Assembly (NCBI GenBank): GCA_030704615.1
Contig: CM060734.1
Span: forward strand, 17,856,001 to 17,920,000
DNA length: 64,000 nt
Direction: 5' to 3'
From: Takakia lepidozioides
Taxonomy: Eukaryota; Plantae; Bryophyta
Shown: one piece after another, positions 1 to 13,900 of the stretch
Position numbering within the stretch: position 1 is the stretch's first letter
Layout of the letters: every line of letters begins with the position of its first letter
Position numbers and translations under genes: made by a program
The notes under the pieces: model-generated
Seen by the model: the letters and a program-made list of their open reading frames with translations, nothing else
Told to the model about the DNA's origin: nothing
The model's database searches: none

Positions 1-221
1 TGCCCAAATAGTTTAAGTCACAGTGGACAGGGTCATATTTCCTATCGTAACTGCCCACATGAGTCCTTGCACACTGGCAAAGCTCCCACCAGCTGCCATG
101 TGCTCAGCCTTCAGTATGCAACAGTTCATGGCCAAAGGTGTTTGAGTAGGGCAGTATAATTGCTAGGGCCTTACCACACAACTGGCAAGGGGGACCTGAA
201 AGTTAGAAATTAGTGGACTCC

Positions 222-1725
222 AACCATATTGTCAAACACTCCCTTTTGCATCCTGGATACCCCCACATTTGGCATACATGTCCACAAGGACATTTTCAAG
301 AATGATACTTGGTAGAATCCCAGCTATCCTGATGTCAGCATAGACCTCTTTGTCCTTTTCTAGGGCTGCTACGCATTGCGAAGGCAAACAAATGTTACCT
401 AGTTGGGCTTTATCCCTTTCAACATCATTTGCTCATAGATTTCCAAAGCCTCCATCCCACAACCATGTTGGGCATATCCTGCAATCAGTGCACTCCATGA
501 CACCACATCTTGTTTAGCCATATTGTCAAACACTCCCTTTGCATCTTGGATACTCCCACATCTGGCATACATGTCCACTCGGGGATTTTCCAGAATGATA
601 TTTGGTACAATCCCAGCTTTCCTGATGTCAGCACATGGACTTTTTTGCCCTTTTCCAGGGCTGCTAGGCTTGCACACGCATTGCAAAGGCAAACAAATGT
701 TACCTGGTTGGGTTGTACCCCTTTCAACATCATTTGCTCATAGGTCTCCAAAGCCTTCATCCCACAACCATGCGACATATCCTGCAATCATTGCACTCCA
801 TGATACCACATCTTGTTTAGCCATCTTCTCAAACACTGTCTTTGCATCCTTGGCATACATGTCCACAAGGGCATTGTCCAGAATGGTATTTGGTGCAATC
901 TTAGCTTTCATGATGTCAGCATGGACCGTTTTGCCCTGTTCCAGGGCTATCAGGTAGCACACGCCTTGAGAACACCAATGAATGTGACCTGGTTGGGCTT
1001 CATCCCTCCCTGTATCATTTGCCCATACATCTCAAAGGCCTTCCTACCACAACCATGCTTGATATAGCCTAACATCATTATAGTCCACGAAAACATATTC
1101 TGTTTAGGCGTTTTGTCAAACACGCGCTATGCATCCACTACTAACGCACTTCATGTACATGTTGACAAGAGTGTTGTGTAGAAACACGTTTGGTTAGTTA
1201 CGACCAAAAGACCTGGTAAAGAATCGCACGCGCCGATCCACAAAGAGTTCTAGAGGAGTACAAATTTTGCAACAAACATTCACTGGATGTGGGAAAACTG
1301 ACCTGCAGCAAGCTTCAAGAAGAACAAGTGTTTGAGCTGGAATCAACTGCTTACAATTCTCACACCGTTCAAATCCAGCGTCTGGCTACGTGGAGTTGGA
1401 ACTAGTACCTGCTAATGACCCTCCATCACCCATATTTGAGCTAAGTCTTTGTCCAAAGCATATTAATAACCCATAGCTCTTCTTCCCAGTGAGTCAGGTC
1501 CATTAGTGCCGGGGGTAGGGTACATGCCACTCCAAAACACCACATCTCATTCAGCCACATTGTCAAACACTCCCGTTTGTTGCATTGTTGCACCACATTT
1601 GGCATACATTTCGAACAAGGCAATGTTCAGAATGACATCTGTGCAATTTCAGCTTTGACGATGTCACCTGGACCTCTTTAGCCTTTTTAAAAGCTGTTAG
1701 GTTTGCAAATGCATTGCAAAATACC
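222..1725 (-). pseudogene. Fragmented PLS-class pentatricopeptide repeat (PPR) gene
   Basis: ORFs 399-692, 485-787 and 738-962 give frameshifted PLS motifs (LVDMYARCGSIQDAKGVFDNMAKQDVVSWSALIAGYAQHG; PNQVTFVCLCNACASLAALEKGKKVH). Unrelated sequence interrupts at ~1195-1530. Confidence 0.9.
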
Positions 1726-1967
1726 TTGCGGTAGAAGACCTTAGTTCAAAACACAGGAGAAATGGAAACATACCCTTCGAGTTGGGATCATGCTGCTTGT
1801 AGCCCACCACCTTGCACACTTGTCGTTGCAATGTCTGAACTCAGTAAGCTTAAGCTTAAGTAAGCTTAAATAATTCTACTTCTCCTCATAGATATCAAGC
1901 AGGGAATAAACACCATGGCTCCATTCGTAGTACTCCCGTCGAATTATTTCCCCTTCTGTCCCATTCC

Positions 1968-2301
1968 TGGACGGGCAGCATGAATAGTTGTATTTTTAGC
2001 TTATACTCGTATGTGTATATGTATAAGATGAATATATACATATATATATGAGATATATATGATATATATGATATATATATGATATACATTATATACATTA
2101 TATACATTAAAATTTATAGATTACAATTGAATTGAATTGAGTAATGACAATTCAATTGAATTGCAAATTAGGGTTCTTTTCAAGCTGGTTTTTGCAGTTC
2201 AATTGAATTGCAAGGGCAATTCAATTGAATTGCGCACTTTTACGGGGGTGATCAAGTGAATTGCGATGCATTTCACATCAAGGCCTATTTCGAATTCCCT
2301 A
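1968..2301 (+). mobile_element. Solo TIR of the TAGGGAATTCC / 6-bp-TSD family
   Basis: Same AT tract, caattcaattgaattg palindromes and ...aggcctatttcgaattcccta terminus as the TIRs at 4810-5104 and 31388-31725. No partner TIR or TSD found in the window. Confidence 0.8.
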
Positions 2302-2672
2302 AACGAGCTGCATACAATATAACTACCCAACACAACCTCACGCATACGCGAACCTATTCATCCAAGGCATTTTATTCATGACAAATGTGGATGGAATATT
2401 CTCATTACACGTTTCTCAATTTCATTCGAAGCGTAATCGAAAGTATCGGTGCTAAGCATCAAAACCAATTGCGTAAGGCAGGGCCAACAAACAAACCACA
2501 AGGGGCCATAAAGCAGACGAACCCAGACACACAGACGGAGATAGACCCATCCATAGTGGGTGAAAACAATATTCCTTATTCCTTGCATTTGTTATTGTTG
2601 TTGGTGTAGTAAAATAGGGAAACAACCGGCGCTACGGCTCACAAACTAGGACCCTTAATTATAGTGAGAGGA

Positions 2673-2870
2673 GACAACCGAGTTCTAGCCCATTGGTAAT
2701 GGGCACATACCACCTCGGAAGTGGTTGGGGGTTCAATCCACCGATTGGTGTCACTATGGTATCCAATGTCCACCTTCATGTTGGAAGGCAGTAGCCCTTC
2801 GGAGTCAAGAAACACCGTAATTTATGCCTCCGTTGGAAGGTGTCACAGATACATAGGGAGAGGAACTAGA
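2673..2870 (+). mobile_element. tRNA-derived SINE-like element
   Basis: Head gacaaccgagttctagcccattggtaatggg...ggttcaatcc has Pol III A-box- and B-box-like motifs. A clear homologue lies on the - strand at ~60620-60796. The 3' boundary is approximate. Confidence 0.6.
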
Positions 2871-2984
2871 GGAGGTAGCCAAGTGGGTGATCTGATAGGG
2901 GCCACCCCCAAAAAGTGGCTCTTAGTTACGCCGGCTTCGGCTCGAGTCCTCTCTCTCACTTAGGTGATCTAGGTTCAAAGTGTT

Positions 2985-3207
2985 TACCTTCCAAAGGGAA
3001 GGGAGGCAGTAGTTGCAAGTAGTTCCTGGGGATGAAGAGACACCAAAATAAAACAACCTCTTTCAAATGAATGGCGCCATGAGGTGCCGAGCACGGACAT
3101 ACCCGGGGAGAAGATATTACGGCACCCAACAAAGGTAGCAGGATTTGAGCCCAGAGTCACCTGGGTGCAGTGAGCGCTCATCCAACTGACTCTCCACCGA
3201 CTGGGTT
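2985..3207 (-). mobile_element. Degenerate SINE-like element
   Basis: The - strand head agtcagttggatgagcg...gggctcaaatcc is A/B-box-like. The body shares a ggtgtctcttca...actactgcct...ggaaggt module with the other SINE-like copies. Confidence 0.35.
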
Positions 3208-3639
3208 ATTATTATTATTTTCATAACCTGAAAATATTTATTATTGGAGCTCAGTGGCTACATGTGACTGGAATGAAAAACAAACTTATTTATTACTCAT
3301 AAAATATGAGAGGGCGTTGTTTCGAATGGCGGACTTTTAGTACCGTACGGTCACGATGTAGATAAGTTGATGAAAAACAATTAGAAACATTAAAAAGGGA
3401 AAAAGAGAAAAGATAAACACCGGGTGAGCCCTAATTAAGGAAGCAGCGACGGTGGAACTTATTGGGTGGGAGCCGGTGGGACCCAAAGAATCACAGGGGA
3501 GAGCACACAACACCGGGCGCTCTTTACTCTACGCGGAGCTGCCGCGCTGCCCGGCCGCCACGTTGCAGCACGCTGGATAAACTGCCTTGCCAACCCCACG
3601 GCTCACACCTGCCCTGCGCTCCCCCCTCGCAACCGTCCA

Positions 3640-3930
3640 GATCCGCATCGACGGCTCAAATTAGAGAAATCTCAGCCGTCCGGATCATCATCGACGGATC
3701 CGGCGTATCCGAGCCGTGTCCGTTGGCCCTCTCCAATCGACGGCATCCTTCGTCCACTCCACATCGACGGCTCTGAGTCCCAGTCATCGCAGCCGTCCAC
3801 CTACGATCTAAACGCTTTAATTTCATCTACATCCGCCGTCCATCATGATCGACGGTGCTAGAGCCATCACCTCTCTCAGCCGTCCATTCGCCACATCGAC
3901 GGACCCCGAAGGCGGAGATCGACGGCAGAT
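3640..3930. repeat. GC-rich cluster of catcgacgg / ccgtc motifs in both orientations (TE subterminal-like)
   Basis: Several copies of atcgacgg and inverted ccgtc within ~300 bp. Confidence 0.5.
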
Positions 3931-3998
3931 GGAGCAGTCCTGGTTTTCGGGGCTGCCCGTGGCAACAAGGAGTGCGTGGGCCCATGGATGGGCATGTA

Positions 3999-5104
3999 TA
4001 GGGAATTCCAAAAAGGCCTTGATCACCCCCTAAAAGTGCGCAATTCAATTGAATTGCAAGGGCAATTCAATTGAACTAGCCCTAATTTGCAATTCAATTG
4101 AATTGTCAACTCGTAATTCAATTGAATTGCTGACTACAATTCAATTGAATTGTAATCTATGATTTTTTAACTTATTTTTGTATATAATATATAATATATA
4201 TGTACATATATATATTCAAATTATATTTATACACATATAAGAGTATAAGCTAAAAATACATGTTGCCCGTCTATTCTTGCTGGCCCTCTTTCTTGTGCCC
4301 TTGAGGAAATTGTGGAGTTGTGAAGCCACCCTCAGCCTCAGCGAGAAAGAGAGAGCCAAAGACGGAGATAGATCAGCAGATTCCTGTGATTCAGTGGCAA
4401 AAGAAACATGGCTGGCTCCGAAAAAAACAGACGAAATCAAACCTTACAATTGATGAAAGGCTTCCCCTGCATCACCATGTAGTCCCCTAACACTAGTATC
4501 TGGCCCAGGACAAAGAAAACAAAAATATGGTCATCTTGAGAATTATCGATACCCTTACAAAAGTATCATGTTGAAGTTGGGATGTGTGTTCTATATAAGT
4601 TTAATATATCAAACTCTTACACGTTGATACTCTTACATTGGTATCATGTTTGGGATATGTACATAGCCATATATTGGCACCAACATCCACAAAGAGAGAC
4701 AATCCCGCTTTTACAAGCGCTTCGTGACTTCCTCTCTCTCCCTCTCTCGCTCTCCCTGAGGCTTATCTTGGGCTCAAGCCTTACCACGGGCAAAGGATTG
4801 ACAGACGGACAGCAAGAATAGATGGGCAACATGTATTTTTAGCTTATACCTGTGTATGTATATATGTATAATTTAAATATATACATATTTATTATATACA
4901 TAAGTAAGTTAAAAATTATAGATTACAATTCAATTGAATTGCCAATTCGCAATTCAATTGAATCGTGCCGACAATTCAATTGAATTGCAAATTAGGGTTA
5001 GTTCAATTGAATTGCCCTTGCAATTCAATTGAATTGCGCACTTTTAGGGGGTGATCAAGTGAATTGCAATGCATTGCACATCAAGGCCTTTTTGGAATTC
5101 CCTA
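3999..5104. mobile_element. Non-autonomous TIR element (1.1 kb) with 6-bp TSD
   Basis: Starts tagggaattcc (3999) and ends ggaattcccta (5104), with ~290-bp TIRs. TSD catgta at 3993-3998 and 5105-5110. Internal 4378-4680 is the reverse-complement homologue of 22716-23048 inside the 10-kb family member. Confidence 0.9.
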
Positions 5105-5225
5105 CATGTATCCTTCCATACATGTATGCATGGGCTTGTCGTATGCATGCCAATAACTAGCTCTGAGGTACTGCCAGGGCAAGCCTCGTCTCCTACAGGG
5201 CCTCCTATAGGGCCTCGTCTATTTT

Positions 5226-5459
5226 CCTTTTATTTTTTATTTTTTAAAATAAAGGAAACCTGGGAGCGACAGCCCACAATTCAGGCCCTTGAGGAGGGGG
5301 AGAAAATACCCCCTTTCATTTATGGGCCATGGAAGCACACAGGACGATAACATCCAGACAGAACGCCATGAACAATCCACACTCTGGGCAGGGCAGCGGG
5401 TTTGAACACGGAACCACCAAGGCGACACATTGTGCAGTTACCAGCTGAGCCCCAGCCAA
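5226..5459 (-). mobile_element. tRNA-derived SINE-like element with A-rich tail
   Basis: The - strand head tggctggggctcagctggt...gtgttcaaacccg is A/B-box-like. It ends in an aaaaataaaaaataaaa tail. Confidence 0.55.
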
Positions 5460-6304
5460 TGTGCAATCAAATTCAATAAATGTAAAATCTGAAATGATGA
5501 GAATAAATTATAATAATAGTAGATCCCGGCAACCTTTCCCGGTACTGTAATCGGCGAGCGGGCGGAGCAGGATCTGGTATAAGTAGGTGGTAGAAGCAGC
5601 TGCTGGGTTGCGGCCATCTGTCGTGGCGGGGTTGGTGGGGCTAGTTCCCGTCGTCGTCAATCGCGCTACACACACGGTTCCAGTGTCCATGGGTCATGGA
5701 TGGCCATGGATGGGGATGTCATGCCATGAATTTTGAGATCTCGCCGTCATATGTTTTGCTTGAGATATTTATTTATTTATTTTACTCTGTAAGATAAAGA
5801 TAAAGATAAATTTCTTTAACGTCCAGTGAATTTACTGAGAAATGTGAAAAACGCCCTTGGCCTTAAAAAGTTAAAAATGGGGTAGAATATTGCAGACGTA
5901 AAGTTCAAGGGTGGGGTGACGACTGACCAGTGGGTGGAGGGTGGGAAGTGAGACAAGTTATTACCACATAGAGACAGAAAGTAGGGTAGTTTAATATATG
6001 TGGGTGGAGTACATTCTGACAAGTCTCAAGTTGGGATGCTTGTTTTAGTTACCACATATAATGTCGGATAAATTTACCATAATCCTCTTCTTCTGCCAGT
6101 CAAATGTGCCTATGTATGTGGAGCGGAGGCACTCAAGAGCTCAAGAAAGGGGCGGTAATAGCCGCAAGGCGAAGTGGCTCTTAGTTAGGTCGGCTTGGTC
6201 TTTTCTCTAGCAGTGAGCTTTTCTTTACCCATGAACGAATGCTACTTCATTTCCCATCCTTTCGAACTGCATTCATCCACCTCCTTAGTAGCTAAACGGC
6301 GTGT

Positions 6305-6390
6305 GGGGATGCATGCATGCATGGACATGCGCGGGGTTTATCATGGGGTGCACGTATGGCGTTCAGGTGATGGGCGCCTGCCACGTGGGC
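6305..6390 (+). promoter_or_regulatory. RY (CATGCATG) repeats and G-box (CACGTG) upstream of TIC
   Basis: gatgcatgcatgcatg at ~6308-6323 and gccacgtggg at ~6380-6389, upstream of the long purine-rich TIC leader. Motif presence only. Confidence 0.3.
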
Positions 6391-7927
6391 AGGAGTTCGG
6401 CTGGTCAGCGGGCGGGCTGGTGGGTTGTTTTTACCCTGTCGCACTTTTACTAATTTAAACCTTCCTGACAAGTCTTCTTTACTCCTCGCCTCGCCTTACA
6501 TCTGTTCGTACACGGATCAGTGAATGCATGCATGGCATTGGAGCAGGATGGATGGAGGGATGAATGAGGATGAGCATGGAAGGTGGGTGAATCAGAGTTA
6601 CTGGGAGGTGATGATGGGATGGGGTGAGTGTGAGGGGGAGCGGCGAGAGGGGCGGGAGAAGTTACCGCAGGAAAGGTCCACAGTACGCATGGGCATGGAT
6701 GTGGGGCATGCATGGATGGGTGGGGCAGGGCGGAAGCTGCCCGGCGGAGAAGGGGCGAGGGAGGGGGGCGAGGGAGGGTGCCTCGCATCGCGCTGTGCAG
6801 TGCTCGCTCGATCGCCGCTTCCCCTCGCTCGCAGGCAGGCAGGGTGGGAGTGAGTGAGTGAGTGAGGGAGGGAGAGATGGTGGGATGTGTGCGGGGCTGC
6901 GCATTCGAGAGGGGATGATTGAGAAGGGGGGGTGTATGGGAGGGTGTAGGCAAGGTTGAAGGAGAGATTGAAAGCAGGGGGTGCTGGGGCTGATCAATTG
7001 TGGCATAGGGAGATCCGGGGAATTGCATCAGGGTCGCTTAGTTTGGAGTCGAGCTTGACAATGTCTTGGCCTCCTTGCAGTCCGTAGTCTCTCCACAAAA
7101 GTTGAGGCGTTTCCTTGCTCGCTTTGCTGAACTGTGACTCTCTTTCTTTCTCGGGCCTGCAGAAAAGTCTTCGTTTTTTGGGAATCCGGCGCTTCTTGTC
7201 AGGGTGTCACTTGGACACCCCTCCCTTTCTCTTTCCCCAGCTTGCTTGTATCATGCCTGGCTATCAGGCGTATTTGGTTCCTCGGTCTGCGACCCCTCGC
7301 TTTTGCTTGCAAATACGCTCCGCTCGAGTATCTGACTCTCTGCTTCTCTCTGCGTCCATCTTTTCTACGCTGGTCCTTCCATCCCTGTTTCTTTGATGAC
7401 ACTCGTCTATTTCTGGGGTTGTACGTACTTTTCCCTGCCCTGCAATGCCACAATTGAATGGAGCGTGGGCTGTGCTTTTGTCGAGGAATGATAACTCAGT
7501 GTACATCGAACTTCTTATTGCCTCGTCGTCCATTTCCTAACACGATTCTGTGACTTCCCTGATTTCGTGTTCGTCACTCATTGTTCCTCGCGGAACCGCA
7601 TGTGATAGAAAGCCATAATAAGTGCAGTGTATAGTCGCAGTGTATAGTCGAGTCTTTAAGACGACATACAATCTTTGCTGGTTGTGGTCAGCTCTAAAGT
7701 TCAAGTGCCGGTCTCTTCAGCTTACTTTGAGACTTCTTTCTAATTTGAAATTTTCTGCGAACTGTGCCTCGAAAATGTTTGGAGGCAGGCTCGACCATGG
7801 GATTTTCTTCAAAGGCGAATGTCGGTGCTAGATTAGTGCTGCACTGACCAGCAGAGTAGAGGGGGGCATGGTCCGTGGGAGAGTATTAGAGACAGAAGTC
7901 AAGACGGTGTCTCCATAGAGCCGTGCA

Positions 7928-10900
7928 ATGGAGAGAGGTCGTGAGGGTCGGCGCGGAGGTGGGCCGGTCTCTGCACCTCGCCGTCCTCGAACAAGTGGAT
8001 TTAAAGATGCTGCAGGTGTGGGCCTGTTTGTGACATCAGTCTTGTCGCTTTCCATCGAAATGTTGATGGCTCTTGTGTGTGGTCCGGAGAATGTATAGCT
8101 AGGTTGCCTGGTAGGTGCACAGTGTAGAAATCTGGATCTTTTGAGGGAAAATTTACAGTCTGAAATGCGTGGTGATCTGATGGACTCTGCAAAGTAAGGA
8201 TCTTCTTCTTGTGGATTCGAGCAAGATTTGTCGGTTGTTGGATCGACGCATGAGTTCTGCTGTGAAACCTGTGACACGCTTTAATTTCTGGGAGCGTCGT
8301 TGTGATCTTTGAAGCTTTTCAAACTTTCTTGTCTTAATTCAAGCATCCGCCTCAGGATTTATGTACTTGATTGTGGTTCATACATTCAGATGGTGGTTGT
8401 GGCCGTTCCATCTGATCAAGTTGCAGAATGTTCGTGCTGTTGAACTTTTAACGTCAGCATGCTTTAGACAGATGCTCGTGTTTCTACCGCCGTATGGCAC
8501 CGTGTGGGTAAATGCGATTATAGTCAGAGGCTCTGCCATACAGTCAGCTATGGGCTTGGGTCTCTGTTTGCATCCGAACAGATAAAGAAGTGACGATCTT
8601 GATTGATCCTAATTTTATGGATAATTGATCGGCTTGAAAGGATATGGCACACTGAGGGTGTGGCGGTGCTTGCAGTTGGCGAAGATGGCGACGACATGAT
8701 GGATGAAGCCCACAACCCAAGATTACGGGAAAGGCCCAAGAAGGATAGTGGCAGTCTCATATCTGGACAAATAATGTCTAGCAATGTAGTATCCAGTTCT
8801 CGCAATAAGAGGAAGCGGCAGGGGTCGCAGGAGCAGGTACAAGCTCGGAGTAGCCCTGCTGATGATTTAGAGGACACAACTGAGGAAACAGAAATGGGAG
8901 TTTCTGAAGATGACGATGATCCTCCACCACCGCCTATCCCTCGGCGACCTGGGAAACTAAGGCCACACGGGAAGGTTAGGTTCCGTTTAAGTCGATATTT
9001 CCACCTGCTTGGACATAACGTCCTATCACTTGCATTCCTACTTCCACAGTGCCTCTTGACTCATTTTGTTGGTGCTGTTGCTCAGATTATTGAGGATGGC
9101 ATCGCTGTTGACCTCCCCACTGTTCCTAGGAAGGCTCGCACAGGTATGTCTTGCCCTTGCAAGGCTTTTCTTCGTTTGGTGGTACAAGGCTCTGCAGTCA
9201 AATAAGGCATGCTAATCGAGAAATGAAGAGCATGCGGACTTCGGCCAAATGTAGTGTCTGCTAACCTTACTCCACTTACCTTTGCAGCGATTTTGAAGCG
9301 CCCCCAAGACTTGCCCCCGCCTCCATTTGTGGAGACTCCTGGTCATCAACCCACCACGGTTGTTCTTTCAACTCCGGCACCCTCCAGTACACCTTCATCT
9401 TCCTCTATTGCATCCATAAAGCCAGGAAGAAGGACGGTAAGTGTTTGGGATGCCTCTTTGGTTTTCTTTTTTCTGGTCAATTTAACCCTCTGCTTTCATG
9501 TTGACGATGCCCGATTAACTTCCAAGTTCGTGTTTGTTTGCAGAAATTAATTGGGTTGAAACCTAGGGCCTCCAAATTGCCAAAGGTAATGAAGCAATCA
9601 GTTGGGACAGAACTCCCTGTTGTGGTGTTAGCCACAGTCTCAGTAAAATCTATCTTCATTGGAGTTCGTTGTTAAGCTTTTTCTTTACCCATTCCTTAGC
9701 AATGTGCTTCAAGGATTGAGTCTGGGATGTTCTGGCAGATCTAAATTCTAATCTGATACCTTGTTACAAGGGTGAAAGACTGTTTGTTCTCTGGTGCTGC
9801 TAAGTAATTAAGTTCCTGGGAAGAAACATGTCTCAACTTGTACCCTCCACAGGCTATTGATATGGCCCTAGGTTCGGGCTAGCCTGAAGGGCTGGATGTT
9901 CCATGTGTGATGAGTCTGGTTCCTCCAGAGTAGTCAACTGGGGATGGATGCAGTTGGATGTGCAGACTTGTCTGCTATGAAGAATCAATTATGGATTTGC
10001 CTTATGGATGGTGGTTGATGTGCCTGTGGCAGGTGGCCACACCTACTGTGATATCTGAGCAAGAAGTGGAAGTAGCAGAAGCCTTGTTTGATTTGGCAAG
10101 AATGGTTACCAATCAGCCTCCTCCACTAACGAATGAATTGAAGGTGGAATGCAAACCTGAACTGAAGGCTGACCAGAAGTTAGAAGTGAAGTCAGTGGTA
10201 TCAGGTTCAGTGCCTACGACACTTCCTTCAGCACAGCCAGCTACTCCTGCTCCCTCTCCTATATCTGCAGCTACATCCACAGGAACGTCAGGGCCTGCAG
10301 GAGCAGCTTCTCCTACACCCATATCAGCTTCATCCCCGATGCTCCTCTCTTCCCCTCCACCTGGTGCACCTCCACCTTCAGCAGAGGGTATGCTTTCTCA
10401 ACCTTCACTCTATCCTGGTGAACTGATCTATTGCAACTTCCCACAGCTCTTTGCCATAAGGATCTGTGGATATTGGATCTGTGGTTTTCATGTTTTCAGA
10501 GACATGCCACAAACCTCACCCAGAGGGAGACGGAGAGAAGATTCCGGCTATAAATAAGAGCCACTTCACCAAAAACTGCTACTGTCCCCTGTTGGGGGTG
10601 GGCTCTATGAATGTTGACCCACTTGACCCACTTCAATATCTCATTGCATGTGAAGGATGGACCCCCCTACAAGTCATGTCTTCCTAGTTGGTCTTTGAGC
10701 AGGGTACATTCATATTTTCTTGCTCTTGTTTGGCAGCACCCAAGAGAAAAAGGCCCCGAGTTAGAACTCGTCCAGAGGAAGGAGCTGCTCAGGTGCGGCC
10801 AACTGCAAGCCTGTTTTCCAGTACTTCTGCAGCAACTATACCCCAGTCTAGAGGGGTTGAACTAAATGCAAATCATCCAGCAGGCACAGAGAGAGGTCCT

Positions 10901-13900
10901 GTAAAAACTGAGGCTAGTGTCACTGCACCCACTTGGTCTGTGCTCGGACCCACTGCAATGACACCTGCTAGTAGTTCTAATGTGGGGCCTTCTAGTACTG
11001 CCATTTCTCAGCCATTGCCTGCACCGCCGCTATGGCACAATCATCCGCTGGAGACCAAACCATCCACATGTGAAAAGAATGTTAGCAGAGCAGAGGTGAC
11101 CTGTTCTACTTCCTTTGATAAGAATTCCAGTTGTGCTCCGGTCCTGGAGAGAAGACCTATGCCTGCCAGCTTATCAGGGCCAACTGTAGGTAGTCGAGAG
11201 GTGGAGGGAGTCATCAACAGTGACTGTCCAATTGACTCACCAACAACAAAGTTGGAACTTGGGAAAAGGTATTTAACTGGTTTTCTGCATCCCCATGGTT
11301 GCTAATGATGCTTGCTTCTACGTACTATTTCTGTGAGGATGTGACGCAAATGTGTGCTGCTGCAAATTACTTATGGAGGATCAAGGGCATTCCAATTAAG
11401 ATTTGGTGTGGTGGGCTAGCTAACAGTGAAACTTCTATTTCAGGTCCTCCCAGCCTGCACCTGCTAGTGATAATGGTCGGGTCAACAAATTTGATATTGA
11501 TTTGATGGTAAGTTGTGCTGGAATTCTTCAGACTCTTGTTTCGCGGGTGGTTTTAGTTCTTCATTTTGGAGGTGGTGTTTTTCTGGACTTGAGAAATTTT
11601 TTATACTCCCAGGCTCCCCCATTCAAGGCGATGCCGACTTTGATTGGTGAGAGGAATGGTGATGTTGCCGGAGCTTCTGTCAAAGAAGTACAAGAAAAAG
11701 CACAGGTAATTACAATTTCACCCTTCTACGACATGTCACTGTGGTATTCGTATCCTGCCATGTTTCACTGAAGTCAGTTGATTTGTTCCAAATGTGCTAT
11801 TGGTTTTTTTGGTTCTTGTATGTCATTGACCATATGTCATCTTGTCTTGATGCAGGTGGATCTATGTAGTACTCTCACAGCTGAAAGTGCTTGGATGGTG
11901 AGGGAGAAGGAAAGGGAGAGGGAGGAAAAGGAGAGGGAGGAGGAGAGAGAAGAGAAGGAAAGGGAGAGAGAAAAGGATCGGAAGCGAGAACGGGAGCAAC
12001 ACCAGAGGGAAAGGGAAAGAGAGAGGCAGAAGGAGAGAGACACTCAGAGAGAAGTTTCTATTGAGAGAGAAAGAGAAAAGGAAAGAGAGAGAGTGGATAT
12101 GACTAACGCACCTCCCCAGAGGCCAAGCAAAAGCGTTAAGACAGACTCAAGGGTTCTAAAAGCAGAAAGAATTGGTGAGTTCTGATTGCCCATCTGGATT
12201 GTAGGTGATCCTCCATGACAATGATTTTTAAGAACTTAGTGATTAATCATTGGTTTACAGGTGAGCCTTCTACTACCAATGAAGCAGTTGTGCATGAATT
12301 TAGTGACCAGATGCAGCGTGTCAGGATAAGGTTCTTTGTTTGAGCTGGAGAAACTTATTTCTGTGTGATTCTTGGCTGGTGTGCTGTGTTGGCTACAGCA
12401 ACTTCAGCAGCATCATCTGTTTTGGCTTCAGCACCTCCTTCTGTCACTAGTGCTACTAATGGTGGGGCTAGCAGTGTGTCAGCTCTACCTAATTCAGTCG
12501 GAATGACTGGTTGGCTGCCTTCAATGGGGTATGTATCAGGCGATTCGTAGCTTCAATTGTACTGCAGCCTATTTTGCTGGCAGTTTGCAAAGTTGTTCCA
12601 CATGTCATCACATATTGGTTGACTTGTACATCTACACAATTGCAGGTACTATCCAGCAGCGGCTGCCGCGGCGGCGGCTGCAGCAGCTGCTTGGCCTGCT
12701 TCTGTCACTGGTGCTTCACAAGGAGATGACAACATTCCATCTGTGCAGGTAACTAGGGCGGCGTGTCTTTAAGCAGGAAAGATTGTACATAGTAAGTTGC
12801 TCAGGAGTTTATGTGGAGGCTCTTTGTTGTTGCCAAGTAGACGGTGTGTAGTGTGCAGACTACAGCTTGTATTTCTGGTTTGGCCTCACAAAAACCAAGA
12901 GTTTTTGTGTCCACACCTTCAACCTCTTATTCACTTGGATAACTGTAATATGGAAGGCCCTCAGTTTTGACAAGAAATTTGTGCTGATGCAGCTGTCTCC
13001 TTACATAATACCGCCCCGACAAGCATTTAAGCGCTGTGCATATCATGTGTTCATTGCACGTTTCATTGATGCCCAGCAACAGATGAATCGCCATTCTCTA
13101 TTGGCTGCTGCATTTGGGGGCTCTGCTGGTCTCTTTGGAGGGAAGCCATACAATCTTAACATGCGACTGCCCCCTGCAGAGTCTCCGTTTGGTAGTGGTG
13201 GGGGTTCTTTAGGGGGTGGTGTGACCTGCCCTCCTGCTACTAGCTCTGCCACAGCTGGTGCTGCAGGACTAGGAGTTGGTGAGCTGGGCCTAGGTGCTGT
13301 GGCACAACAGCAACAACCTGCAGCACCGCAGCAGGCAACACATTCCCTCCCGGTATGGATGGCAGTGCACATTTGTGTACTATGGTGTGTGCACAGAAGT
13401 GGACCTTCTCCTTGTCATGTAGTCGTGTGTACGGTCTTACCTTTCATTGTGATAGCAATTGCATATTTTGAGAGATGTTTTACTGTGGGTATGGGACCAC
13501 TTCAGTTGAGTGATGTATGGGGGCTTTACATGCAGGCTGGACCAACATTTGGGTTCCATGGGCCACAGGCAGGCACAGCTGCGACAGCTAGTGGTGGGTA
13601 CAGTGCCGGAGCTGTGAATACTGTAGGTGGTGGGAATATAGGGGTGCCATCTGGAGCTGCAATGCTTGGTGGTAGCTCAGTTTCAGGATCCAGCACAGCT
13701 ATGGTAGGGGCTTCTGGTTCAGTAGCTGGGGCTGGGGCTGCACCTAGCAACGGGGTTGTTGCAAGTGCTGCTGCAGCACAGTATATGCAAGCAATTATGC
13801 AAACACAAGGCTACCCTTATCAGTATCCACCTCCCCACTTTGGACCATCGACTTTCAATGGTCTTCCCTCACACATGGGAGCCCAGCAGGTCAGAATACT

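Noticed and set aside
2673-2750. Functional tRNA genes (also 5390-5459 and 60720-60796)
   Set aside because: A/B-box-like motifs are present but no convincing cloverleaf or acceptor stem, and they continue into a repeated body, so they are SINE heads.
4040-4155. Regularly spaced palindromic repeats (caattcaattgaattg) resembling a CRISPR array
   Set aside because: Spacers are only ~5-15 bp and are reused between copies. The repeats sit inside TIRs with TSDs, the context is eukaryotic, and no cas genes are present.
6450-7533. Several 80-190-aa ORFs upstream of TIC
   Set aside because: Low-complexity translations of a purine-rich leader/intron region with no recognisable domains.
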